Source: Heptranchias perlo
Taxonomy: Eukaryota
Assembly (NCBI RefSeq): GCF_035084215.1
Contig: NC_090340.1
Span: 5,146,001-5,210,000, forward strand
Length of the DNA: 64,000 nucleotides
Reading direction: 5' to 3'
Shown here: positions 48,661 to 62,410 of the stretch, piece by piece
Layout: each line of letters opens with the position of its first letter
Position numbering within the stretch: the stretch's first letter is position 1
Program-made: the position numbers and the translations under genes
The notes under the pieces: generated by a model
Database searches by the model: none
The model's input: the letters and a program-made list of their open reading frames with translations, nothing else
What the model was told of the DNA's origin: nothing

Positions 48661-50419
48661 AATATGGAAATGCTTATTCTCTCTAACTCACCTTTTTTCT
48701 TTCTCTTCTTTCTTTCTTTTTCTCGCTCTTTCTTCCTTTATTATTGCAGCAATGGCGCTGGGACAAACACAAGCGGTTTTCCTGACCTCCTGCCATTAAG
48801 TCCTTTCTCTAGGGTTTCCAACGGTCTCTGCTGAAATTGGTGAAGGAGACTGGTGGTAACCCCATGGAATTTCAGAACCGTGACAACGGATTATAGATTG
48901 AAGTTGTGTCAGTGAAAGTATTAATTGTCTCTGGATACCTCATAGAATCATTCTACTACTTCAGGGGAATAGAATGAAACGTTGCTTCAACGCTGCTAAA
49001 GAAACAATTTGCATTGATATAGCGCCTACCTCGGGACGTCCCAAAGCGGTTTACAACCAACGAAGTACTTTGAAATGTAGGGAAACGAAGCAGCTAATTT
49101 GGGCAGAGTTTATTCCCCAAAAAAAACAATTATCAAATCTGTTTTAGTGATGTTGGTTCTTACAATCTACCGCTGTACCGTGGGCGATGGTTGCCGATCC
49201 ACTGGCGGGTTCCACTGTCCGCCCCTTCCATTGCCTACTCGAGATGGTCGAGGTGAAATCAGGGTATAGCTTCCGCCTTTAAAATATTTCAACCAAATTA
49301 GCCTAAATAATTAACGTTAAGAATATGTTTTCAAGTTAAACATCTGTCCCGATTTTAATTTTCACTCAAATCGATGGAGATGAAAACAGGGAGAGATGTA
49401 AAACGGGCTATTAACACCAGTTTTACAGTATCGTCACAAATCAAATGCATCCCCTTTCTCTTATATCAACTATCGGACTTGCTTTACTCGCTCTAATATA
49501 ACCCGTTATCCAATCCTTCATGTGTCTCCATATCCTGGACGCGAGATTGCCATGTCTCTTCCCTAAACTCAACTCACATACAGACAACGTTGCAGTAACT
49601 GTGCTGCTGTTGAATATTTTCTTTAACTCGATTGAAGATGAAAAAGGAACGATTCCCTTCCCAGTCGTAGTGCGTACCCTAACCTTTCCCCTCTCACCTC
49701 TCGCCTAGATATTCACCCGAGCCTTCAGCCTAGCTTGCAATCATTTCGAAGACTGACCTTCCCTAAAATTGGACCGAAAGTTTTGGCCGCGGGACTTGCA
49801 TTATTATAGAGGGAATAACGAAAGCATCTGGGCAAAATTTCCCGGCGCTGAAAATTTACCGAAGGAAATGTCTCGCAAAAAAAATGTCGCTTGCAGGGAA
49901 ATGAATGCTAAGCCAAGACAGTCTGGAATACAAAAATGAAAGATAATAGAAAGTTATCTGTGAGCAATTACTTAGAACGCAATTTGTTTAACAGTAGGCA
50001 AAGAAAGAACTTGGGTTTGTATTGCGCCACTTAACCTGTTTTTTGGTGATGTTTGTTGAGGGATAAATTTTGGCCAGGGGACCGCGGAGAACTCCTCTGC
50101 TCTTCCTCAAATAGCGCCATGGGATTTTTTACGTCCGTCTAAGAGGATAGACGAAGCATTGGTTAAACTTCCATCTGACAGTGCAGACTCCCTCATTGCT
50201 GCTCTGGAGTATCGGGCAGGATTATTCATTAAAGTCGCTGGAGTGAGGCTTCAATCCAAAACCTCTGACAGAGGCGAAAGCGCAACCACTGAGCCAAGGC
50301 TGACACATTTTAAGTGCAAAATAATTAAATTTAAGCTGTGGGACACAGTCCTGTGATTAACGTAGATTAGTGTTGTGTTCCACACCAAAATAAGTATCAC
50401 AGCATCATAATGTCAAAGT

Positions 50420-51000
50420 AGGTACAACACAAGAAGTGGCCAGTCGACCCATTATGCCTGTGCCAGCTCTTTGAAAGAACTATTCAATTCCCCTGCTCTT
50501 TCCCCATAGCCCTGTAAATGTTTTCCCTTCAAGTGTTCATCTAATTCCCTTTTGAAAATTATTATTGAATCTGCTTCCACCACTCTTTCAGGCAGTGCAT
50601 TACAGATCATTACAACTCGCTGCATAAAAAATGTTTCCTCATTCGCCTTTGGATCTTTTGCAAATCACCTTAAAACTGTTTCCTCTGGTTACCAACCCTT
50701 CTGCTACTGGAAAGAGTTCCTCCTTATTTACACTAACAAAACCGATCATGATCTTGAACACCTCTATCAAATCTCTCCTTAACCTTCTATGTTCTAAGGA
50801 GTGTAACTCCAGCTTCTCCAGCCTTTCCACATAACTGAAGTCCCTCATCCCTGGTACTATTTTAGTAAATCTCTTCTGCATCCTCACTAAGACCTTGGCA
50901 TCCTTCCTAAAGTGTGGTGCCCAGGACGGAACACAAATCTCCAGCTAATACCTAACCAGTGATTTAGAAAGGTTTAGCATAACTTCCTTGCTTTTGTACT
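50420..51000 (-). mobile_element. CR1 3' fragment
   Basis: ORF 50639..50887: RFTKIVPGMRDFSYVERLEKL. Confidence 0.9.
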
Positions 51001-51004
51001 GTAT

Positions 51005-52682
51005 GGGGGAAAAAAATCGACAGAGGCCGTTTTTGGAAGCAGGTAGCGCGATGCATTGGTAACCAATGCCCTGTGGCCCCTGCGCAGGCAGGAGGCAAGT
51101 TTGGACCCACCGCAGCACTTACCTGCAAACAGCGTTCCTTTCCAGGCCTTGCACGTGGACTCAATGAAATTCGCACTTTCCAACACCAGAGGGAGCTCAA
51201 TCTCTGAAAGGGAGGATGTTTCTTTGAAATATCTTAAAGGTAGCTGGTACCTGTTATTTGCTGAAAATAAAAGTCTACTGTCTGCAGGGTGTCTGAATGG
51301 AGATCAGACATCGCACAGATGTAGCTACCATCCCTATGTTAACACACTGATGAGTTATGTTAAAACTTTGAATAAAGATTGTGCCCTGCTAAATCCCACA
51401 ACCTCCAAATCTGCACGCCAGACCTCAACAATCTGCCAATCTGAGTTGGTACCAGGCGTGCGAGATTGCGTGACCAAGGTTCTCTGCTGATGCACTAGTC
51501 ACCTTGGGTGCAAGAGGTGGACAGAAGTAGGGACATCCTATATCCGCAGTGTCGGGGGTGGGGGGCGTGGGGGGAAGAGGCCCTCCAGAAATATACTCAA
51601 AAGACATTGGGAGGCAATGGGGGATGAAGCCAATGCTAGGCACACAGCATCATGAACATGGATGCAGTGTAGGATGAAGCTCAATGATTTGACATGAGTG
51701 GACAAGGTGAGTGAGGTCAACTGTCAGGTGGCGTCTCCTACCAATTGCACCAGGCACTGCACCCCCCATCACACACAGACCAATAAACTCTTTCCATCAG
51801 TACTCAACTCGTCCCAACAAATGCTTCCTCCCGCCCTTACACATGACCACTGTTTCAAGCTGCCTACCCATAATTCACGGCCACACACACTGTCAGCTAT
51901 TCAACCGTGACAGGCACATCACCCAGTCACATGCCTCGCTTTCTTGCAGGAGAAGGTGGCGCAAATCAAGAGGCATCAAATGGCAGTGGCATGTAGCCAT
52001 TCGAGCCTGTTGCACCATTCAGTGAGATCATGGTGGACCTATGACCTAACTCCATATACTCGCGTTCGCCCCGTATTCCTTAATACCCTTGGTTCACAGA
52101 AATCGATCAATCTCAGATTTAACATTCACAAGTGAGCTCCGATCAACTGCCGTTTTAGAAGTGCATTCAAAATGTCTCCCATCCTTTGCGTGTAGAAGCA
52201 TTTCTTTAGTTCACTCCTGCACGTCCTAGCTCTAAATGATTGGCTATGTCCCCGCATCCTAGTGTTGAAGTCTAGAAGACGTCCAAGAAACGGTCACAAA
52301 TGTCTCGGCAGTCAGAGCCAATAATCCAGCCACTAACCTGTAAATCCTACATGGTCCCTTTAAACAGCGCCGGTGGGGGGTCCTCCAGGCACTCTAAGAC
52401 ACATTCAGATGTTCGGGATTAAGACTGGGCGATGAGTTGTGCGTTAAGTCCTAACATGGTGTATATCACTTTAAATCAGCGTTGCACTGATTGAAGCCAT
52501 TTTCTCCCGACTTTACGAGTCCAGCGTTTGTTTTCTGCGCCTGCGCAAACTCCAATGCCAAGCTGGCATCTGGTGCACGTCACGCAGGAAACATGCGTGC
52601 GCATTCAAGACGCCATCTTGGATGTCCGAGAGACCGTGTGGAGCCGAAACAATGGCAGCGATACGCTCCAATTTAGCGCCCG
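51005..52682 (+). mobile_element. Non-autonomous PIF/Harbinger-type DNA element carrying a decayed Myb/SANT ORF (51455-51715), with a CR1 3' end inserted at about 51985-52260
   Basis: Manual translation PRFSADAL..VQEVDRSRDILYP..KRPS..LKRHWEAMGDEANA..TWMQCRMKLNDL, followed by donor AAG|gtgagt. GC-rich termini. Confidence 0.6.
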
Positions 52683-53699
52683 CTGTGTGGACCGGCGTCC
52701 AAATAATTGGGGCTCGGATGCAGACGAGTATCTTACATTATGTCTGCTTTCCTACAGAGATTGACCAAGTGGGCCCAATACTGGCGGCATGGAGCAATGG
52801 ACACTGATAATTATGCTTTTAGGATCCCAACATTCGTAGGAGATCCAGCTTGCCTCTTTCGATGCTTGCACGTACGTCTGAAAGATTCTCGGGCCAGGCT
52901 TTCCACGGAGCTACGCAAGAGCTTCAATTTGCAGCAGACCCATCTAATTAAGACATGGGCCAATTCATCTTAACAATCCGAATAAGAACGCAAGTCCGGA
53001 ATTTCACTTCACCAAATTTATGACTCGAGATGTGTGTTCTTGGTCTTAGTGCAGACAGTACGATATTTGGGCTCAGCCAAGTGGATTTTTAAATCCAACT
53101 TTTTAAATCCATGTAGGAATTTTCCTGTTAAGATATAGTTGCACAAATACTCTTGCAGTCGATTGCTTTGAATAGGCGTCATTACTTTACTTGCGAGTAG
53201 TGCTATGTTAAAGGTCCCGTAGTTATGTTGCTTACACGTGGAGCCTTTTAACTACATATATATATGTTGTCATCCCTGTAGAATCATAACAGTCTCCAAT
53301 GATTCCTTCATGCAAATTGCCAATGTCCAATAAATGTCCTCAATTAACTACAATACATTGGTGTACCAAAGGAATCTGTTAGTAAATTTGTGAAATTCTC
53401 TTTGGTGAATTATTACAGAAAACATTGGTTAAATAAATAACTGCTTTCTCGTCTTCTTCAGCTAAAGTTGATGACAAACAAACTGAGCAACAGAATTGAT
53501 CAATTTTCGACAAATATTGTTAAACGCCTGAATGGTTGGGAATATCGGTTTTCTGAAAACCTGTTGTGAATTGAGGCCATATTATGCGGGATTAGAATGC
53601 TTAGGTTTATAAGAGATGGGATATGTAATGTTGAGTTGCACTTAATGTGGATATTAGGCTAATATCTGTCGACAGTAATTTATTGACTAACACATCTTA

Positions 53700-55535
53700 G
53701 GGACATAGGAACAGGAGTAGGCCATTCAGACCCTCGAGATTGTTCCGCCATTAAATGAAATCATGGCTGAACTGTATTCTAACTCCACCCACCGCCTTGG
53801 GGCCATATCCTTTAATACCCAAAGCTAGCAATAAGCTATCAATCTCGGATTTAAAATTATTAATTGAGTTAGCATCTATTCTTTTTTGTTGGAGAGAGTT
53901 CCACACTTATATTAAACTTTGCGTGAATAAATTTTCCTAACTTCTTTGCTGAATGGCCCGGCTCTGATTTTGCAGTTGTTGTCCTGGACTCCCCCACCAA
54001 CGGAAAACGTTTCGCTCTATCTACCCTATCAATTCCTTACAAAATCCTAAAAACCTCAATCAAATCACCCCTTAACCTTCTATTATTATATGCCTAATTT
54101 ATGTAACCTCTCCTCATAACCTAATACTTGTAGCCCTGGTAATATTCTGGTGAATCTGCGCTGCAATCCTTCCAAGGCCAATATATCCATTCTAAGGTGT
54201 GGTGCCCATAACTGTGCACAGTACTACAGATGTGGTCTAATCAGGGCTTTGTATAGCAGTAGCAAAACATCCTTCCCTTTATATTCTAGCCCTCTCGTTA
54301 TAAAGGCTAACATTACATTCAACGTTTTGATTTTTTTTACCCGACCACTATATATTTGGTATGTGTTTACATTGACCTCTAAATCTCTTTAGACCTCCAC
54401 TGTTCCTAGCTTTTCACCACTTAATAATACTCGGATCTATCTTTTTTTTGGTCCAAAATGGATGACCTCGCACTTACCTGCGTTGACGTGCATCTGCCAC
54501 AGATTTGGCCACTCGCTTAATCTATTAATGCCTCATTGTAATTTTATGGTCTGGTCTACATTACTTACTATGCCATCAATCATAATATCATCGTCAAACG
54601 TGTATATACGACTCTCTATTTTATTATCTAAGTCATTAATAAATATAGTGAATACTTGAGGTCCCAGCACAGACCCTTGTGGGACACCCCTAGTCCTTCC
54701 AATTCTAGTGCATACCCATTATCCGTATTCCCTGCCTGCTACCGCCTAACCAATCTCTTAACCAGGTCAATCATTTTCCTTCAATTCCGAAAGCTTTAAT
54801 TTTAGACAACAGTTTCTTATGTGGAACCTTATCGAATGCCTTCTGGAAGTCCACATAAAATACATTCATAGACATTCCCCTTTCTGCTACCTTAGTTACT
54901 TCCTCCAAAATTTCAATTAGTTTCGTTAGACTTGACCTACCCTTTACAAATCTATGTTGGCTCTCTCTAATCAGATCAAATTTATCTCAGTGCACAGTCA
55001 CACGACCCTTAATTATACATTCCAATAGCTTCCTCACAACAGATGTTAGATTAACAAGTCTATAATATCCTGGTTTCTCTCTCACCTTTCTTAAATAACG
55101 GAGCTATATTTGTAATTTTCCAATCTATAGGGGCAATTCCTGAATCTAGAGAGCTTTGGATGATTATAGCTAAAGCATCTGCAATTTCCTCACCCATTTC
55201 CTTTAAAACCCTGGGGTGGAACCAATCAGGTCCTGTGGCTTGGTCAGTCTTTAGTGCAATTATTTATATAATACTCTTTTCTTGGTTACGTTAACTCTAG
55301 TGAGTTCCAGTCCTTGTTTCATTGATAGTTTCCCTGGAACGTCAGGCATATCATTCTCTTCCTCTACGATGAAGACCGACACAAAGTAATTATTCAACAC
55401 GTCTGCCATTTCCTTATTTTCATTTACAATATTACCCACATTTGTTTTTAAATGGCCCACATTACCCTTGACTATCACTTTTCTTCTAATATAATGGTAA
55501 CAACTTTTTGTGTTATTCTTGATATCCCTGTCAAG
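53700..55535 (-). mobile_element. Degraded CR1 LINE
   Basis: 3' UTR ataggaacaggagtaggccattca. ORF 55260..55478 (EMADVLNNYFVSVF). Confidence 0.9.
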
Positions 55536-55544
55536 ATTTATTGG

Positions 55545-56545
55545 TAATGCCAGCGATCAGATACATTTCTTCTCATCCTGGTTCCTTTGATAATTATCTT
55601 AAATCGGTGTCCTTTGGTTATCGCCCCCCCCCCCCCCCCACCCCCGCCAATGGAAACAGTTTCTCCTCATATACTTTATCAAAACCCCTCAAAATTGTGA
55701 ACACGTCTATTCAATCTCCAGTTAACCTTCTCGGATCTGAGGAAAATATTTCCAGATTCTCCAGTCTCTGCACATAAATGACGTTCCTTATCTCTGGTAT
55801 CGTTCTGGTAAATCTCCTCTGCACCCTCTCCAAGATCTTGACATCATTCCTAAAGCGTGGTGCCCAGAATGGGAGAGAATACTATAGCTGAGGCAAATCC
55901 AGCGAATTAGAATCGTTTGGCAAAACTTATTGCTTTTGTCCTCTATATCACTATTTATGGAGCCTATTATCTGGTATGCTTTTTAGCAGCTTGATCAAGT
56001 TGTCGTGCCGCTTTGAATGATGTATATGTGCACCACCAGGTCTCTCGGTTCCTACACCCCCATTAAAATTGTACCATTTACTTTATTTTGGCTATACCCT
56101 TTCTTCCTAACAAAATGCAGCACTTCACTCTTACCTGGATTAAATTGCATCTGTCGTCAGTCTGCCCATTTCACCAATCTGTCTATGTCCTCCTGAAGTC
56201 GGCTACTGCTCTTCTCACTGTTTACCACATTTCTAAGTTTCGTGTCATCTTAAAATGTTGGAATTATGCCCTGTATACCCAAGTCCAGGTCTTAATATAT
56301 CAAACAGAACAGTTGTCCTAATACTGTCCCCTGATGGACATCACTGTATACTTCCCTCCAGTCTGAAAAGCAACCAGTCATCACTACTTCCTGCTCCCGG
56401 CCTGTTAGCCAATTTCGTATCGACGCAGCCACTGCTCGTTTAATCCAGTGGGTTTCAATTTTGCTAACAAGATTAGCACCATATCAAACGCCATTTGAAC
56501 GTCCATATACACAAAATCAACAGGACCAACTTCATCAACTCTCTC
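55545..56545 (-). mobile_element. Older CR1 RT fragment
   Basis: Similar at the nucleotide level to the 16055..17330 copy. Confidence 0.8.
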
Positions 56546-58237
56546 AAATGCAATGATTGAAACCCTATCACATATCAGCTACATTCTCGAACTTCTTGTA
56601 TGAAAACTAAATATTTAATTTGTGCTCTTCTGCCGTTTGAAAAGTGATTGAATAAATTTAAGAAAATGGACACGAATGTTCGGGAAGTGGAAGAGATGGG
56701 TGATCGTTCGTAACTGGAACTTTGTGCACCGGACGAAGGCGACGGGGGAGGGGGACAGGGGCGGTGGGTGTGGCGGGGGGGATGCTCAGGAAACATTTGG
56801 AAGAGGAATTACAGTAGGACAGTTTCCGTAAACGTAAATGATTCTTAACTAAATCATCTAGAATGAGATAGCATGGAGAGAGTGAAGGGGCGTGCAAGGT
56901 AGGCATGTTACTACGAAACTGTTTTGAACAGTTTGTCCATCGGAATTGATATCTGACTTTGTCTGCTTCTATATATAAAAGAGCATTAATTTTTCATCAT
57001 TTGAAAACAAAATCTGAAATACATTTACTTCATACGTCAAAGGAAAATTACCCAAAAAATCCATAGACATAGCTCTATTTATGGCTGTTCAGGTATTTAC
57101 GAAGCCCCAAGCAACCTATAGTCTTATTAGTTGCTACTTTTCCCTGCCATTTTTGGGAGGGTGGTGTTGAAAGGCGCAGGATCACGGGCTGGTGGAGAAC
57201 GTGCTCAGTTTTCACTAAGATAACAATCACCAGCACGAACAGCAGCCACAGTATCAAAACTAGGCCATGTATCCTCAGAGTTAAGCAATCATTGCAGTCT
57301 AGCCAACTCGCGGTATTAACCTGCCCTTGAACCGTAAAATTACCTGATGTCGCATCAATACTGGAATTTGGGAAAGGTGTTAATGGCCAGCGGCATTGAA
57401 AATTTAGATGCAAGATTTCTCAGCTTAGCTGTTGCTAGCCAAATCTTAAAATGGTTCTAAAATAATTGGGTTGCAACAAATCTAGAAATAAATTCCCTGT
57501 TGCGTTTAAGATTTGCTAATATATGGGGACCTGACAGAAAACATCTCCGCAAATGTGTAATAGTTAGAATTAATATCCGCACATCATTTTTCCATTATGT
57601 TGCAATCAGAAGACTTACATTCAATGCTTGAAATGCTGGTGCCCGGAAATGGACCAATGAACAGTTTATTTCATTAGTCTCGAAATAGTGAGCTGCTTGT
57701 GATCACATCATTGCTCAACAAGACTTTAAAATAGGTCAGAAAGCAAACTGCTCCTCAGCTCAAAATGTCAGTTACTTCCTGTAGAATAATGTACGTCCAA
57801 GTAGGTAGAGTTTAGCCGAATAGTAGAAGCCACAAATGAACTATTTCACTGATGTAGATATAGTGCTTCAAAATGTATTAACTGGTTCAAAGAGACGCTT
57901 GATCTCTAATCCGAAACATTATCATGATCAGTAAATATATTTAAAAGAATTCCAAAGATAATCATGGACAATCTGCTATCGTTATGAAACAACTTTCCTT
58001 GTTAACAAATACTTTGAAATTCAATGTATCACTGTAACTGAATTAGAAAATGAATAACACGATATTTTTCATGGACTAGGGGCTGGCGGATCTCGCAGAA
58101 ACAGTTTTCATTTCCAATAGGTAATGGGAAGTGACCCCGAAGGTAGACAAAGGATGATAAAGATGATCTCGTCGCTGATGAAAGCCACCAAATAAATTCA
58201 TTGTAATCAGAGAACGGATTTATCACAGTGGCACAAT

Positions 58238-59450
58238 TCTTGTCTAAAACCTAGGCGATTTTTTTAAGGAGGTAACTACCGTGGGAGACAAGGGACTCTC
58301 TTATCGATGTTATTTATATGGACTTGCAGGAGGCATTCGACAAGGTTCCACATAAAAGACTGTTAACAAAAATGAGATCGCATAGAATTGTAGGTATCCT
58401 TTAGGCTTGGATAGGGAATTGGTTAGGAATTAGAAGACAGAGAGTAGGGATAATGGGTATGTGACTACTGATGATCCCTAGGTATCTGCACCGGGGCCTC
58501 AGCTCTTCACTATTTATAAATGATCTGGATGAAGGTATATCTAATTTGCCGACGACACCAAGTTGGGTGGCACAGTAAATATTTTAGATTGGAGTGGAAA
58601 GTTGTAAAGGGTCATTGTTAGATCAAATGGATTTGGAAAAGTGTGGCAGATCGTGTTCAAGGTGGGAAAGTGTGAGGTCATCCATTTTGCAGCGAAGAAA
58701 GATTGATCAGAATATTTTCTAAACGGCGAGAAGCTTCAAACTGTGGACGAGCGGAGAAATTTACAGATCCAAGAACAGTAATCACTAAAAGCTAGTGAAC
58801 ATTTACAAAAAGGAAGTTAAAAGCTTAATGTAATGTTGGGCTTTAGCTCAAGATGGTTGGAATACAAAGGTGTAGAAGTTATGTTATAGCTGTGTAGAGA
58901 TCTGATTACACCCCATCTCGAGTACTGCAGTTAGTTTCTGGCACTGAACATGAGGAACGATACATTGGCTTTGGAGGGGGTGCAGCACAGATTCACCAGT
59001 ATTATACCGGGGCTAAAAGGGTTAAATTATGAGGCCAAGCATTGAAAAGGCTTGTATTCCTTTGCTTATAAAAGATTAAGGGGTGATCTAATTCAAGTGT
59101 TTAAGATTATTAAAGGACTCGATAGAACAGATAGAGAGAAACACTATTGGGAGAGTCCAGGAAAAGGGGGTATAACTTTAAAATTAGAGCTAGGCCGTTG
59201 AGGGTGATGTCAGGAACCACTTATTCACATAAAGGGTCGTGGAAATCTGGAACTCTCTTCCTCAAATAGCTGTTCTGGCTAGGTAAATTGAAAATTTCAA
59301 AACTGAGATTGATAGATTTTTGTCAGGCAAGGGTATTAAGTGTTATGGAAACAAGCCACTTAGCTGGAGTTAGGATGCAAATCAGCATGGTATAATTGAA
59401 TGGCAGAACAGGCTCGAAGGGCTGAATGGCCTACGCCTGTTCCTATGCTA
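58238..59450 (+). mobile_element. Degraded 5'-truncated CR1 LINE
   Basis: YMDLQEAFDKVPHKRL and FADDTKLGG motifs read manually. 3' end ggctgaatggcctacgcctgttcctatg. Confidence 0.88.
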
Positions 59451-60207
59451 CCATGTTCCAATGAAATTGTAAAAATACTAACCTCATTCATATGAGGGAT
59501 GCATCGGTGCACCTTATTCCAACTTTGAAAATTATTTTCTTCATTTAGGATGCTATTTATTTAACCTACGTTTAATTGTTTCATATATGTTGGTAAGCAG
59601 AAAAGATAAGTAAAGAATTTTCAGGGTATAAGTTTTACAACTCGCCTGTAAAATCTTCATGATGCCTTTGAATGCGTTTTCTACACTGCCATTTTAGTTA
59701 AGAGACTCTACTTCTCCCAATCCATATGGCTAAGGACTGATTAATTTACAATTCTGTTGGGTGACAGGAAATCAAATAAAGGCCACGGGATCACAGTGAC
59801 ATAGCAGGAGGAAGATGAATGTCAGTCATTTTCAAGAAGAAAAATATCTGAGCTTAATTTTGTCAGCAATTGTTCGCAACAAATACCAACCTATCTACTT
59901 GAAGGCCTAGAATAGAAGAGCAGTTCCTTTGTAATCTATGGTGGTGTGGGTGGGGATATTTCCATTCGCCATGTGACGCATCGCTGCCAAGTTACGGATA
60001 ACACTGAACTGTGGATGAACGTTATTGTTTTTGCAAACTGAGGTGAAGTCATCTCCATCCACTTCACGTTGACTACAATCCAAGAGAGCAAGAAACGGGG
60101 AGGGTAGATTCCAATTCTTAGACCTGTGCCTGTGCCGAATTGGACTTGAGGTTATTGATTGAAATGATGTTCTAATCCGTTGTATTAGCTGGTTCTCATT
60201 ACGTTTA

Positions 60208-62410
60208 ATAGAATCATAGAATCATACAGCACAGAAGGAACCCATTCGGTCCATCGTGATTGTGCCCACGCTTTGAAAGTGCTATCCAATTAGTCCCACT
60301 CCCCTGCGCATTCATCGTCGCCCTGCAGTTGTTTTCCTTTACAAGAATATATCCAATTTCCTTTTGAAAGTTACTATTGAATCTGCTTGCACCACCCTTT
60401 CAAGCTGTTCATTCCAGCTCATTACAGCTCGCCTCTCTAAAAAAAATCTCCTCATCTCCCCTCTGGTTCTTTGGCTAATTATCTTAATCTGTATCCTTCA
60501 GTTACCGACCCGACCGCCAATGGAAACATTTTTTCTTAATCAACGCCCGGCATAATTGTGAACACCTCCATTAGATTTCCCCTTAATGTAAGCTGATCGA
60601 AGGCGATAAATCGCAGCTTGTCCAATTACTCCGCATGACTAATCCAAATCTCCTCTGCACCCTATCCAACGCTTTGGCATCCTTCTTAAAGTATGATGCC
60701 TTGACTTAAACATAATACTCCGGCTGAGGCTTAAACAGTGTTTTATAATGGTTTCGCTTAACTTCCTTGTTTTTGTATTCAGTGCCTCTAATTATAAAGC
60801 CAACATCCCGAATGCTTTTTAACATTTTCAACACCTTGTCCTGCCACCTTCAAAGATTTGGGTATGTGAACCCCCAGGTCTCTATGAAAGTACACCCCCT
60901 CTAAAGTTCTACCATTTAATTAATATTGCCTCTCCTCATTCATCCTTCCAAAAGGCATCATCTCACACGTCTCCGCATTAAATTTCATCTGCCATATGTT
61001 TGCCGGTTTCACGAGTCTGTCTACGTCCTCCTGAAGTTTGGTACTATCCTCCTCACAGTTTACTACATTTACGAGTTTAACATCATCTGCAAACTTTGAA
61101 ATTATGCTCTGTATACCGAAGTCCAGGTTATTAATATATATCAACTGGAGCAATGGTCCTAATACTGACCCTTGGGGTACACCACTGAATTATTCCCTCC
61201 AGTCTGAAAAACAACGGTTAACCACTCCGCTCTGCTTTCTGACTCTCAGACAATGTCGTGTCTACACTGTCACTGCCCCATTAATTCCATTGGATTGCGT
61301 TTTGCTAACAAGGCTATTATGTGGCACATTGTCAAACGTCCTTTGAAAGTCCATTAACAAAACAGCAGATGCACTACCCTCATCACCGCTTTTCGGTTAG
61401 GTCACTGAAGAACTCATTCAAGTTTTCCAGACACGATATGCGTTTCAAAAATCCATGCTGGCTGTCTTGTTTGAAAGTGTGCTTTTCGAGGTGACAATTC
61501 ATGTTGTCCCGGATTATCGTCTCTAGAAGTGTTCCCGCCATCGACTTTGGGCTGACTCACCGTTTCTCACTGGGTTTAGCTCTCTCCTCTTTTTTGAACA
61601 GGGGATTAACATTTGGAACCCTCCAATCCACATGCATCACTCCCATATGCAAGGAGGATTGAAAGCTTGTGACCAGAGCTTCCATTATTTCCACCCGCCC
61701 TTCCCTCAGCAACCTAGGATGAATACTATATGGACATAGTGACCTTTCTACATTGAACGCTGCCAACCCTTTAAATACCTCCTCATTATCTATGTTCATC
61801 CTATCCAATCTCTTTGTTCACTCCTTCTTTACTTTGACATTGGCAGCATCCTCTTCTTTTGTGACGACAGATGCAAAGTATTCATTTAGTACGTAGGCCA
61901 TGCACTCCGCCTCCACAAAAAGATTTCCTTTTTGGACCCTAATAGGCCCACCTTTCCTTCGACTATTCGATTATTCTTTATATGTTTATAAATTATTTGG
62001 TGTTCCCCTTTAGGTTATCTGATAACCTTTTCTCATAAATTCCCTTTGACTCTCATTTCCTTTTTCAGTTCTCGTCTGCAATTTCCCTATTCTGCTCGAT
62101 TCTCTATTCTTTTATGAACCTGATATTTATCATAAGGCTCCTTTTATCCATTTTATTTTAATCTCAATATCATTAGTCACCCAAGGAGCTCCATCTTTGG
62201 TTTCCCTGTCTTTCTCACTCCTAGGAATGTGTTTAGTTTGCACCCGAACTATCTCCTGCTTGAAGATCGCTGGTTCGCTGTTTTACCTGCCAAACTTTAT
62301 TTCCAATCAATCAGGGGCTGATCCCTTTTCAGCTCACTGTAATTAGTCTTCTTCCAGTTCAGTATCTTCAGCTTTGATTGTTTCTTGTTCCTTTCCTTAA
62401 CTACTCTAAA
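60208..62410 (-). mobile_element. Degraded CR1 LINE
   Basis: ORFs 60920..61153 (KFADD) and 61557..61808. (catagaat)n 3' end. Confidence 0.9.

Noticed and set aside
52707-52973. Plus-strand ORF with faint V-like words (YWRHG..HVRLKDS)
   Set aside because: It lacks the canonical cysteine positions and YxC, and is on the opposite strand to the cluster.
58224-58251. RSS-like CACAGTG + 12 nt + TCTAAAACC (7/9 nonamer match)
   Set aside because: There is no V, D or J coding segment beside it on either strand, and the nonamer overlaps the decayed SCLTNL codons at the 5' junction of a CR1. It is best explained as a chance cryptic RSS.
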